A stretch of 64,000 nucleotides of DNA, taken from sequence record NC_042056.1, one strand, 5' to 3'. The number at the start of each line of letters is the position of its first letter. The first letter of the stretch is position 1. A program made the translations under genes and the position numbers. Shown in pieces: positions 45,465 to 54,218 of the stretch. The notes beneath the pieces were generated by a model. That model saw only the letters and a program-made list of their open reading frames with translations. It had not been told where the DNA came from and made no database searches.

Positions 45465-45568
45465 TGTTCGATGTGTTGTTTACGTTAGGTTGTTTGTATC
45501 TTGTTGCACGTTCCCTGAACTGGGTGCTGAAACGTGCTAAATTTAAAGGAGCCTTTGATGAAATATAA
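45461..45568 (+). CDS. 35-aa membrane micro-protein (not in ORF track)
   Basis: ATGA overlap; MMFDVLFTLGCLYLVARSLNWVLKRAKFKGAFDEI. Confidence 0.45.
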   Translation: MMFDVLFTLGCLYLVARSLNWVLKRAKFKGAFDEI

Positions 45569-45755
45569 AAAGCCGACGTGTGAACAGACCATCACCTGGT
45601 GGGATGGTGTGTGCATCGCCGTGATGCTGTTGATAGTCCTTTTTTTGAAGTGGGACTGGTTTACGATATTTATCGTTGCCCTTGACATGTTTGTACTGGG
45701 CATGCGCTTTGGGCGCAACACGTCGTACTTTAAACCGCTTCTGTTCTGGCGGTAA
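45558..45755 (+). CDS. 65-aa two-helix membrane protein
   Basis: AAGGAG SD before ATG 45558; two hydrophobic segments. Confidence 0.6.
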   Translation: MKYKKPTCEQTITWWDGVCIAVMLLIVLFLKWDWFTIFIVALDMFVLGMRFGRNTSYFKPLLFWR

Positions 45756-45760
45756 CTATA

Positions 45761-45868
45761 ATGACTAAGATCTTCAAAGGTCTACTTTGCTCCATTCTTT
45801 ACTTCGTTACTGGTACATGCGCATTCGCCTTTGGGGCGGTGTATTCCTTGTGCATGGGATTGTTCTGA
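45761..45868 (+). CDS. 35-aa membrane micro-protein (not in ORF track)
   Basis: MTKIFKGLLCSILYFVTGTCAFAFGAVYSLCMGLF; weak SD. Confidence 0.4.
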   Translation: MTKIFKGLLCSILYFVTGTCAFAFGAVYSLCMGLF

Positions 45869-45882
45869 TATAGGACCAATTC

Positions 45883-46134
45883 ATGAAAAAAGAAAATCCA
45901 TCTGAGAATGATGACATCGAGGACAGAGTGCGGAAGATAGTAGTAATCGGTCTGGGGATGACCGGTATCTCTACTGCACGCTCTATCGACGATTTTGCTC
46001 AGGAAGTAAAATTAGAGAATGTGAAGTTGGAGCGGCGTTTCGGGGAAGACTGGCGGGGAAACCAGACGAGCCACGAACGGCATGTGGGGAAGCATGCCGC
46101 AAAAACGCGACTTTGGAAAAGTCAACGACGATAA
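45883..46134 (+). CDS. Small hypothetical protein with an isolated GxGxxG motif
   Basis: AGGA SD; KIVVIGLGMTGISTARSI; basic C-terminus. Confidence 0.55.
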   Translation: MKKENPSENDDIEDRVRKIVVIGLGMTGISTARSIDDFAQEVKLENVKLERRFGEDWRGNQTSHERHVGKHAAKTRLWKSQRR

Positions 46135-46209
46135 TAGCAACCATGCTATGCGTACTACGCAACCGATTTCACTAGCCGTCTTTTAGGCGGTCTCACTCAG
46201 GATAATAAG

Positions 46210-46695
46210 ATGATTGAAGCAGCGATTCTTAAAGACTCGACTGAGCTGACAACAGATCAGCAGAAACAGTTGTTAGGTTTACATTATGCTTTTTTGAATT
46301 ACCAACGTAGCGTTTTAGGCGTCAAGATTGACGTGCCTGAGCTGGCCGTTGCCACACTGTTCCGCGGTAACCGCATTGCGGTTGCACTCGAAGCAGGTCG
46401 TGTGGTGGGCTACTGCATTTACCGGGTTATTTCCGGGGTGCTAAAACTGCGTACGCTCTTTGTGGCTGAAGAACACCGTCGTTCCGGTAAGATGTCTGCC
46501 CTCATTGAGTTGATTAGCGCGCGTGAGGTCTATGCCAATGCACAACTGACCGTGCATCAAAAATGCCGACCTGCGTACAATTTCTTTACACGTCTGGGGT
46601 ACGTGGCCAGTGAGTTAGATGGCTGGTTAAACCTGTTCTTTGATAGACACACCAGTTTGGCCAATAACAAGACCACACAATCAGCCGTTGTTTAA
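46210..46695 (+). CDS. GNAT-family N-acetyltransferase
   Basis: VVGY..LRTLFVAEEHRRSG (motif A)..LTV..AYNFF.RLGY. Confidence 0.8.
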   Translation: MIEAAILKDSTELTTDQQKQLLGLHYAFLNYQRSVLGVKIDVPELAVATLFRGNRIAVALEAGRVVGYCIYRVISGVLKLRTLFVAEEHRRSGKMSALIELISAREVYANAQLTVHQKCRPAYNFFTRLGYVASELDGWLNLFFDRHTSLANNKTTQSAVV

Positions 46696-46848
46696 AACTG
46701 TAGCTCTCCTTACGATTCACCTCACTATGAGTGAAGTGTTTTTACGTGAGGAGAGCTATTTATGTTAAACCCTAAAATTTCGTTTATCCCGGAAATCGTC
46801 TGTGCGCAAGAATACGCACGGGTGATACCGTTCTTAAAGGACACACTG

Positions 46849-47094
46849 ATGGCTGAGCCAAAGCATGTGAATGTGGGGACGATTGGTCACGTTGATCATT
46901 CCCGTTCCGGTATCTCGGCGTGTATTTCTGGCGCACTGGGTACCTTACCAAAGACCACGACCCACTGGGATGTGATCGGTGTTAAACCGCAGCAACCGTT
47001 GAACGCAATGAATGCGAGCATGGTGGAGCTGATTGAAGACGCGGTGCTTAACGGCCGAGACGTTTACGTTGCGCACGTTCACCCGAAGGTGTAG
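46849..47094 (+). CDS. Small protein carrying an EF-Tu N-terminal-like segment
   Basis: AAGGA SD before ATG 46849; [12 protein letters not shown] matches the EF-Tu G1 region; track start 46762 is also possible. Confidence 0.6.
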   Translation: [81 protein letters not shown]

Positions 47095-47096
47095 CA

Positions 47097-47609
47097 ATGA
47101 GTCAGGTAGACATCTACGGTGAGGAGCACACGGTAGATGAGCGCAATCGGGTGGAATGGGCAATACTCGATAACCATCGTCGTAAGCCTTACCAGTTCCT
47201 GCTGTGCGAAGAACTGGGGCCGTATGCTTGGCATACCCCTAAAGAAATCGCACAGGCTATCAAAGACCGGATGTGGAGCATTTCACCACGCGGGTTGGAA
47301 CTGGCCTTAAAGCTCAAGATACCGGCCATCGGTATCGACCTTTGGGATGACGATGTTTATGCCAAAGACATCAAAGATAAAAACGGCTTTGCGGTCAATG
47401 TAAGCCGGAGTTTCTTCTTACGTGAAACCAAGATGGTAGACACGATAGAGGAGTACCGACAGAAAGGTCGGTTGGCCGTCATGTTAGGTGACGCGCATTT
47501 ACGTACCGTTGCGACAAAAGAGCTGGGTGAACCTTCTTTGCTGTGGCAGCGGTTTCGAAAAGACAAACAAGTGGTTATTTACCGTAGCCCTTGTAAAGAA
47601 ATTGACTAA
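47097..47609 (+). CDS. Putative ChaN/TraB/EreA-like fold protein
   Basis: IYGEEH..LLCEE..RETKM..VMLGDAHL motif series. Confidence 0.5.
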   Translation: MSQVDIYGEEHTVDERNRVEWAILDNHRRKPYQFLLCEELGPYAWHTPKEIAQAIKDRMWSISPRGLELALKLKIPAIGIDLWDDDVYAKDIKDKNGFAVNVSRSFFLRETKMVDTIEEYRQKGRLAVMLGDAHLRTVATKELGEPSLLWQRFRKDKQVVIYRSPCKEID

Positions 47610-47621
47610 GGATAACAGGCC

Positions 47622-48014
47622 ATGACTTTTAGACCCGCCATTCAAACTGTTTACGAAGACGAAGCGAAAGTGCTACAAATTACACAACTGGCGCACGAAA
47701 TGATGCTACGTTGGAAGTGCACCCAAATCGGTAACACCATGTTGACCCGCCTTAATTTCCTGCTGCGCATGGAGCCGGAGATTGAAATGGCCAACATCAC
47801 ACCGAAGTACCTTCGTCCGTCTCTGTTCCGTGAAGTCAAAATGTTGACCCACATTGGTGTCGATGTGCGGAAGGTCTGGCCTGCTATGATGAACCCGCAG
47901 AAATGCGAACAAATTACATCAACCATCAATCTTGTGTCTTGCCTTCGCCGTAGTGGAATCCACCACGAAGGGTTGGAAGCCGCATTTGCTTCCTGGGTAA
48001 GGAAAAATAAATGA
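47622..48014 (+). CDS. Hypothetical protein
   Basis: 130-aa ORF with AAGGA SD. Confidence 0.6.
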   Translation: MTFRPAIQTVYEDEAKVLQITQLAHEMMLRWKCTQIGNTMLTRLNFLLRMEPEIEMANITPKYLRPSLFREVKMLTHIGVDVRKVWPAMMNPQKCEQITSTINLVSCLRRSGIHHEGLEAAFASWVRKNK

Positions 48015-48277
48015 CCAAAGTTATACCGGAGCATGTCTCCGAAGCCTTAAAAGAGTTGTCGGGTGTTCACCGACCGCTCATCAGTAGCTGTACCGAGGCG
48101 GAGCGCACATACCTCCACTCGACGTTAGCCATTGCATTACGGTGGTACGAAAAGGATACCCGGCCGGTAGCGGAGGGTTACAAACGTACCTTCTACTACA
48201 CCCGTAAAGACGAGTTCCCCCACACCTACGTCTTTACGCATTCCGATGAGATTATCAACCATGCTCATCTTCCGTGA
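48011..48277 (+). CDS. Hypothetical protein
   Basis: ATGA overlap, 88 aa. Confidence 0.55.
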   Translation: MTKVIPEHVSEALKELSGVHRPLISSCTEAERTYLHSTLAIALRWYEKDTRPVAEGYKRTFYYTRKDEFPHTYVFTHSDEIINHAHLP

Positions 48278-48746
48278 TGAACGCCACGTTGAGGGCGATT
48301 TGTTTAATGCTCCAGAAACGTACAAAGTCATCACGATAAACTGCGTCGGAGCAATGGGCAAGGGTATTGCGCTTGCCTGTCGCGAACGTTATCCCGATTT
48401 GTATGAAAACTATCGCACGCGTTGTCGTGCTGGTGAAATTACAATCGGGCACGTTTACCTCTACGAAGAGGAGAAGATTATTCTGCTGCCAACCAAGACC
48501 CACTTTAAGATGCGGTCTGAGTTGTCATTCGTCACGACAGGGATTGATGCGTTAGCCGACCTTGGGCGTGACCTGAACGAGTCCATTGCTATCCCGCCTT
48601 TGGGGATGGTAAATGGGTGGATGAAATGGAAAGAACGTGTAGAGGTTTATCATCACCTCTACAACCGGCTACAACCTGGAGAAACGAACTATCGCGTATA
48701 CTTGCCTTTAGCGTTAATCACAGAGGCAAAGAAAGCCTTAATCTAA
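48261..48746 (+). CDS. Macrodomain protein (DarG/TARG1-like ADP-ribose hydrolase)
   Basis: EGDLF..INCVGAMGKGIA..YP..LPTKTHF..SIAIPPLG; start at 48246 or 48261. Confidence 0.85.
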   Translation: MLIFRDERHVEGDLFNAPETYKVITINCVGAMGKGIALACRERYPDLYENYRTRCRAGEITIGHVYLYEEEKIILLPTKTHFKMRSELSFVTTGIDALADLGRDLNESIAIPPLGMVNGWMKWKERVEVYHHLYNRLQPGETNYRVYLPLALITEAKKALI

Positions 48747-48750
48747 ACTT

Positions 48751-48768
48751 TCTTAAATAGATATTATC
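48751..48768 (+). promoter_or_regulatory. Degenerate copy of the phage promoter motif
   Basis: ATAGATATTATC core shared with 58286; intergenic. Confidence 0.4.
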
Positions 48769-48861
48769 ACATGGGCACGTACCAAGGAGTCATTGCTGTC
48801 CGCGCCGTTATTCATGTCGAGTAACGGAAAAGTATAAAGAACACCAACGGAGTATACGACG

Positions 48862-49626
48862 ATGTTACGTTTCATTCTTATTTGCTTGGCAACATTGCTG
48901 TCGTTTAACGCGGCTGCCATCACTTCGAGTCCAAAGAAGGACTACGCAACAGAGTTCAAGATGATTGAGGGCCGGTTTGAAAAGGTTCGCCCCCTCATCG
49001 TGAAAATCAGTAATGAGCAAGGCGTCCACAGTGGACTCATGACGACACTGATTTATAAGGAATCCACATTCAACCGCATGGCGGTGAATAAACAGGGCAG
49101 TACGGCAAAAGGGCTCGTCGGTATGACTGACCCCACCAAGCGAGCGATGCTCAAAATGTACGGTAAGCAGCTTGGACTTGCCCGCAATGCAGACATTCAT
49201 AATTCGCGCGTGGCCATTAAATTAGCCTCGGCCTATCTTAACCATGTCGAAAACGCCATGACCAAACGCTTGAAGCGTCCTGTGTCTAACGGAGAAATTT
49301 ATCTGGGCTACAAATTCGGCCCTGCGGGTGCTATCGCTATGCTCAAGAAGAAACCGTCTAAGGCGGCTCGTGAGCTTCGCTCCTATAAACGGGATGCGGC
49401 CTTTTATGGCGCGTTGGTTAAGCCTATCGATGCATCTGAACCAGTAAAACAAACTGCCGCAGTCAAACCTGACGACAGTGAGAAAGTCGCCGAACTCCAA
49501 GAGATTTGGCACACCTTGTACGGCACATATGCGCCGGTAACTCGCACCACGTTACTGGCCTCTACATTGACTATAGGAGCACCGCTTGAACATCGTCCAA
49601 CAACCATGGTATCCCGCTTTATGTAA
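48862..49626 (+). CDS. Lytic transglycosylase (SLT-like) with signal peptide
   Basis: N-terminal signal peptide; IYKESTF (catalytic ES), STAKGL, Y.GY.FGP. Confidence 0.7.
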   Translation: MLRFILICLATLLSFNAAAITSSPKKDYATEFKMIEGRFEKVRPLIVKISNEQGVHSGLMTTLIYKESTFNRMAVNKQGSTAKGLVGMTDPTKRAMLKMYGKQLGLARNADIHNSRVAIKLASAYLNHVENAMTKRLKRPVSNGEIYLGYKFGPAGAIAMLKKKPSKAARELRSYKRDAAFYGALVKPIDASEPVKQTAAVKPDDSEKVAELQEIWHTLYGTYAPVTRTTLLASTLTIGAPLEHRPTTMVSRFM

Positions 49627-50098
49627 AGCGGCACAATTGACAGCCGGTGACATTCTGTCAATTGCGTTAGGGGCGGACACTATCGACCCTGAAAAACCAT
49701 TTACCCGAGAAGAGTTCTCGGAGCGCCACAACTTCTGGGATGCGTTTGAAAATGCGTTCGGTGATACCGAAGATGCAGAATTCGACTGGAACGCAAACCA
49801 AGCGGTCATGTGGATATGTGGCATGCGCCCGTATGTTGACGAAACCGAAGTCGGCCATGTCCTGACGTGGCGTCAAAGCCAAGCGTACAATCGCGACCTG
49901 AGCTTCACCGAAGCGTATATGGAAGCGTCTGTTGCGTTGCAGAACATTTTCTGGGGTGAGTCAGCGTACGTTCAACGTTCGTTCCTGACCATTCTGGAAA
50001 AGCTCAAGCAGACGCACAAAATCTGGCGCAGTGAAACGGCCCCAGAGCATCTGTTTGTGCTGGAGTACCAAGTGGTGCCTAACCAGCCGTTAGTGTAA
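49586..50098 (+). CDS. Hypothetical protein
   Basis: TTG start with AGGAG SD; overlaps the SLT 3' end. Confidence 0.55.
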   Translation: MNIVQQPWYPALCKAAQLTAGDILSIALGADTIDPEKPFTREEFSERHNFWDAFENAFGDTEDAEFDWNANQAVMWICGMRPYVDETEVGHVLTWRQSQAYNRDLSFTEAYMEASVALQNIFWGESAYVQRSFLTILEKLKQTHKIWRSETAPEHLFVLEYQVVPNQPLV

Positions 50099-50107
50099 CC
50101 GAAAACA

Positions 50108-50143
50108 CCAGACCTTTCGGGGTCTGGTTGTTTTAATTTATTT
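50108..50143 (+). terminator. Intrinsic terminator
   Basis: CCAGACCT-TTCG-GGGTCTGG followed by a T-rich tail. Confidence 0.75.
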
Positions 50144-50166
50144 TGCCCCCTACAAGGAGATTCTTT

Positions 50167-50655
50167 ATGTTTGCACGTTATCAACGCTGGGGACACAACG
50201 ATCCCTATGCCTACTTCATGTTAAACGCACTGGTTGTCTGCACCCTCTTTTACGCTTACGGGGTGTTCGTGCTCAATCAAGACCCGGCAGGAGCTTTTCT
50301 GTTTGTCTACATCGGCATGTGGGTATTTTGTTGCAGCATCATGGCAATCCTCTACCGACTGACCATGGTCGTATACTGGGTAGACCACTCTGGTTACACG
50401 CTTGAAGAGTTGAACTGGCTGCAACGTCTTGCGGCAGAGGAAGTGCGTGGGTTGTACAAGACCGCTGATTGGATGGACTTGCGCAATGCGGCAAAACGCG
50501 TTCAGCGTGAGTTGCCAAACTTTGACATGGATTACGCGATCATGGCCATTATTTGGGCGCAAGGCAAACGGAACAAACCGGTCAGGGTCTGTGAGGACGC
50601 CACCGATTTCATCGCGTTCAACCCAAAGATATGGCACATCGTCAATTACGTTTAA
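50167..50655 (+). CDS. Membrane protein (2 TM)
   Basis: AAGGAG SD before ATG 50167; two hydrophobic helices. Confidence 0.65.
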   Translation: MFARYQRWGHNDPYAYFMLNALVVCTLFYAYGVFVLNQDPAGAFLFVYIGMWVFCCSIMAILYRLTMVVYWVDHSGYTLEELNWLQRLAAEEVRGLYKTADWMDLRNAAKRVQRELPNFDMDYAIMAIIWAQGKRNKPVRVCEDATDFIAFNPKIWHIVNYV

Positions 50656-50667
50656 GGAAAAATATTG

Positions 50668-51231
50668 ATGGCTAATACATCGCTCATTAAGTTGGCAGAA
50701 ATCAGAAAGCCGGTTCATCCGTTCCGGCTATACATTCTCACCCGTTGGCGTTTCCTCTCCACGTACTTGGTACTGGTGATGTTGTGTCTCATCTCCTCGG
50801 TCATTCTCTCACTGCTGACCAACTGGAGTGCGTTTGATCTGTTGGTGTTTGAATCCTTTGTCATTCCGGTACTCATCACACTCAGCGTGACGGGATACCT
50901 GAAACGACGTTGGATACAGAAATCTACACTGACCACGGATGATGTTTACGAACTGGTCGGCTATGGGAAGTGGCTGGTGCGCAAATACGGCAAAAGGATG
51001 GAGTGGCCAACGATTTGCGCGGCCGCATCTAATCCTGAACCCAAAGTAGGGTCGCAGGCAGGATACTCAAGCCCGCCACGTTTCGACCGTGAGTTTCCAC
51101 AGGAGGCTGTGCTTGGTGGTATTCTTTGTGCCATGGTGAAAGAAGGCGGTTGGGATTCTTTACCGCAAGAAGCCATCAACGCCATGTTCTATTACCCGAA
51201 CATCTACAAGCCGTTCTACGGCCACTATTAA
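50668..51231 (+). CDS. Membrane protein (2 TM), possible paralog of 50167
   Basis: AAGGA SD; two TM segments then a similar soluble segment. Confidence 0.6.
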   Translation: MANTSLIKLAEIRKPVHPFRLYILTRWRFLSTYLVLVMLCLISSVILSLLTNWSAFDLLVFESFVIPVLITLSVTGYLKRRWIQKSTLTTDDVYELVGYGKWLVRKYGKRMEWPTICAAASNPEPKVGSQAGYSSPPRFDREFPQEAVLGGILCAMVKEGGWDSLPQEAINAMFYYPNIYKPFYGHY

Positions 51232-51283
51232 TTTTACGTAATCCACCCTTTTAATGACTATCTAAAACACAAGGAATAACAAC

Positions 51284-52165
51284 ATGTTTCATGCTTCCGT
51301 AATCAAAGCCCTCGTAGCCCGTATCCAATCTCGTGACTTCTCTTATCCGCTGAATGCACTGAATGCGCTCAGTAACCTCATCGTCATGCGCAACGCCGGT
51401 CTGAACACGGTTACGGTTTCTGAACTCGAAACGCTGCTCGGGTGTGAGCTGGAAAAGGCATTCCCGCTGCCTGCCATTCAAATCGTCGTTGACGGCGTTG
51501 AAAACACCGTGGCCATCAACGGTCACAAATTCCACACGCCGGATGAAGAAGCGGCGAAGCTGACGTGGCGTCCACACCCAGCATGGGGCATTGTGGTCAA
51601 AGACGAAGCGGGTGTTTACCAGCTTATCGCCTCCGCTGACCCGTACCGTATTCCGCGTGGTGAACTGTCTATTCCGTTTGACTATGCCGAGTACGAAGAA
51701 TCCCTCGGTGCTATCAAGCAGGACAACATGCTGATGTCCCGCGGCCAGGTTATCTGGGAAATCCGTAATTGGTCTGACGTGTCGAAGATTCTCAACTCCT
51801 GCGAATATTTCGAAATGGGTATTCAGCGTCGTCATCCACAGTTTAAGGATGAAATCCCCACCCTACTCGGCAACGAAGACGATCTGAAAACCACCTTCGT
51901 TGATATCAACCTGCTGGAAGAACGTGGTCTGGAAATCGGGGCTTACGGCAACTCCGTGCTGGAACTGGTTGACCGTCTGATTAAAGTCGAAGGTGAAACC
52001 GTGAAGGTGGACATCGATGAAGAACAGATGGCTATCGTAGCGAAGATTCACAAAGAGCTGGGCATCGATGCAATCGTCGAGCAGCTCCAGCGTGTCCCGG
52101 CCAAGAAGCGTACCCGCAAAGAAGTGCGCGGTATTATGGCTGCGTTCCTCGCTCAAGACAAATAA
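51284..52165 (+). CDS. Hypothetical protein
   Basis: 293-aa ORF with AAGGA SD and terminator after the stop. Confidence 0.7.
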   Translation: MFHASVIKALVARIQSRDFSYPLNALNALSNLIVMRNAGLNTVTVSELETLLGCELEKAFPLPAIQIVVDGVENTVAINGHKFHTPDEEAAKLTWRPHPAWGIVVKDEAGVYQLIASADPYRIPRGELSIPFDYAEYEESLGAIKQDNMLMSRGQVIWEIRNWSDVSKILNSCEYFEMGIQRRHPQFKDEIPTLLGNEDDLKTTFVDINLLEERGLEIGAYGNSVLELVDRLIKVEGETVKVDIDEEQMAIVAKIHKELGIDAIVEQLQRVPAKKRTRKEVRGIMAAFLAQDK

Positions 52166-52211
52166 ATAAAAAGCCTACCTACCCCGTCGGGGTAGGTAGC
52201 TTTATTTTTTT
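52160..52211. terminator. Bidirectional terminator (near-identical to 62185-62236)
   Basis: A-run, CTACCTACCCC-GTC-GGGGTAGGTAG, T-run. Confidence 0.85.
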
Positions 52212-52827
52212 AATTTGTTAAGCCAGCATCTTTGATGATTTTCAACATGTTGTCGTTCATCACCTGCAACTCATTCGCACGCTGCGTTGCTGCTGCCAAT
52301 TGCTCAGTCAGCGGAGCCGATTGACGAATGTTCGCTTTGCGTCGTGCTTCCATCTTGATATGGTCTTCCTCGGTGACAGTCCCCTCGTATTGCATGACGG
52401 TCAACTCACCGGTGGTTTCCACACCCACTTGCGATTTAATCAGCGCAATGATGTCATCATTCAGCTTACCCGCATCCACATAACTCGGCGTCAACCCCAA
52501 ATCGAACACATACACATTACGGGTATACGAAATCGAGTTTTGTCCGGGGTAATCTGCCAAGAACGTGTTGGGCACATAACGGACTTCCCCATCGGTCGAT
52601 TTGAACGTTAAGATTGCAGCCTTAACATCCGCATCGTCGAGATAGTCCTGCCGTGATAGCCCTTTTGGTTCGTAATACTTGAGATAAACATCCTCACCAT
52701 CACGTACCAGTTCGGGGAACGTACGAATGGCCTCGAGTTTGAAGACCACGTTGCTCGGAAACTCGTAGGGGTTATTCGCGGTGAACAACCCGGCTAAGTT
52801 TACCTCTGGCGTTAAAGGTATCCGCAT
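52210..52827 (-). CDS. Hypothetical protein, probably virion-associated
   Basis: 205-aa ORF with AAGGAG SD, co-transcribed with 52838; C-terminal coiled coil. Confidence 0.6.
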   Translation of the reverse strand: MRIPLTPEVNLAGLFTANNPYEFPSNVVFKLEAIRTFPELVRDGEDVYLKYYEPKGLSRQDYLDDADVKAAILTFKSTDGEVRYVPNTFLADYPGQNSISYTRNVYVFDLGLTPSYVDAGKLNDDIIALIKSQVGVETTGELTVMQYEGTVTEEDHIKMEARRKANIRQSAPLTEQLAAATQRANELQVMNDNMLKIIKDAGLTN

Positions 52828-52837
52828 TTACGACTCC

Positions 52838-54196
52838 TTATTGCCAAACAGCGCTACGTGCCAGAACACGGAACTCCACGTTCTCGAACTCAAAGACCCA
52901 GAAGGTTAACCCGTCGTGATCTTCATCTTCCATTTTCACCACGTTCAGGGATGAGTTATATGGATGGTACTCCTCGGCCGCAATCAATGCTTCGAGGTAT
53001 AAGCTCAACCATTCTGTGGTCGGTTTTGAAACACGGGAGATGTCCGGGTTGCTGCTGCCAATCAACGCGTAGTCTGGAATGATGTCCATCAAGGACGCTT
53101 TCTTCTTATCATTCTCAGGGCCAGCGATTGCGATAGCATTGAGCGACTTATAAATGCTCGGCAAGTCAGAAACTTCCGTGGTCGGTAACGGGATAGTACC
53201 GTTATTTTTCTCAGCAGCGGTGAGCGCGCGCCATTCGCCGAATTTGGAAATGGCTTTTACCTGGAGATCATATGGGAACAGGGGCAAATATAATGCTGCG
53301 ACGTCTTCTTGGTTTGGAATCCCTCGGATAGACCAGCCAGGAATGATGGTGAATTTGGTAGTGGTGAAGATTTCCGGGAAGACCGGCACCCAATCCTTAT
53401 TCCCATAATCCGAGTTCGCCAGAATGTAATCGCGTAATGCTTGTTTCTGGCGAGTTGGGTTCAAACCTGCCCGACCGTAGATTATGAGGGTCATCGGAAT
53501 GACCAATGTAGCCTCGTAGTCCTCGCGGTCGTGCCAGGTGTAGTTGTGCGTTAAACGCGCCGTAAATGGATAACCGTCAGCGAGCACGTTGACTTTATCG
53601 TCGTGGTCGGGTAAGTTGAAAGATTCCATCGCTTTTGCGACAACCGTTTTGACAGCCTGGAAGGTGTCAACCGGCATGATGGGCATCTGCACTTCAATTT
53701 CCCAGCCAAGATAATCTTGATCAAAATCAGCGTCTGAGAACCAAACCATAATTTGGTTATCAACATCGGATGGACTTTCTACTTTGTCCACCGTGGTTTC
53801 GAATTTCCAGCTCACCCAGCGTGGGAACCAGTTACCGTTTGCCTGAATCATGGCACCCGTCTGCACATTGCTGATTGTGGTTTGGAATTGTCCCACTAAC
53901 AAACGCTGAAACTCTGACTCGTCATTTTTCGTGTTGCCCAGAATCGCTTGGTTGTAAATCCACTGGGTCAGCGCGAGGACATGGTCAGTAAAGAGTGCCG
54001 GTACTTTTATCTTCGTCTCATCGCGAAGATACGTGAACGCCACTAATTCAACCTGAAGGTTAGCCTTAGCGAATTTTTGTTTATTCTTCGCAAAAGACCA
54101 ACTTTGATCGGATAACTCACCTACTGGAGCAACTGCACCTTCAGGAGCGTTATCGATTAGTGCCGGTATTTCGATGAAGCCTTGTAAATTGAACAT
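52838..54196 (-). CDS. Putative virion structural protein
   Basis: ATG 54196 (MFNLQGF) with GGAG SD; the track start 54319 overlaps the divergent gene; function inferred from context. Confidence 0.55.
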   Translation of the reverse strand: MFNLQGFIEIPALIDNAPEGAVAPVGELSDQSWSFAKNKQKFAKANLQVELVAFTYLRDETKIKVPALFTDHVLALTQWIYNQAILGNTKNDESEFQRLLVGQFQTTISNVQTGAMIQANGNWFPRWVSWKFETTVDKVESPSDVDNQIMVWFSDADFDQDYLGWEIEVQMPIMPVDTFQAVKTVVAKAMESFNLPDHDDKVNVLADGYPFTARLTHNYTWHDREDYEATLVIPMTLIIYGRAGLNPTRQKQALRDYILANSDYGNKDWVPVFPEIFTTTKFTIIPGWSIRGIPNQEDVAALYLPLFPYDLQVKAISKFGEWRALTAAEKNNGTIPLPTTEVSDLPSIYKSLNAIAIAGPENDKKKASLMDIIPDYALIGSSNPDISRVSKPTTEWLSLYLEALIAAEEYHPYNSSLNVVKMEDEDHDGLTFWVFEFENVEFRVLARSAVWQ

Positions 54197-54218
54197 AAAA
54201 ATAAACTCCGAGGTGAGC

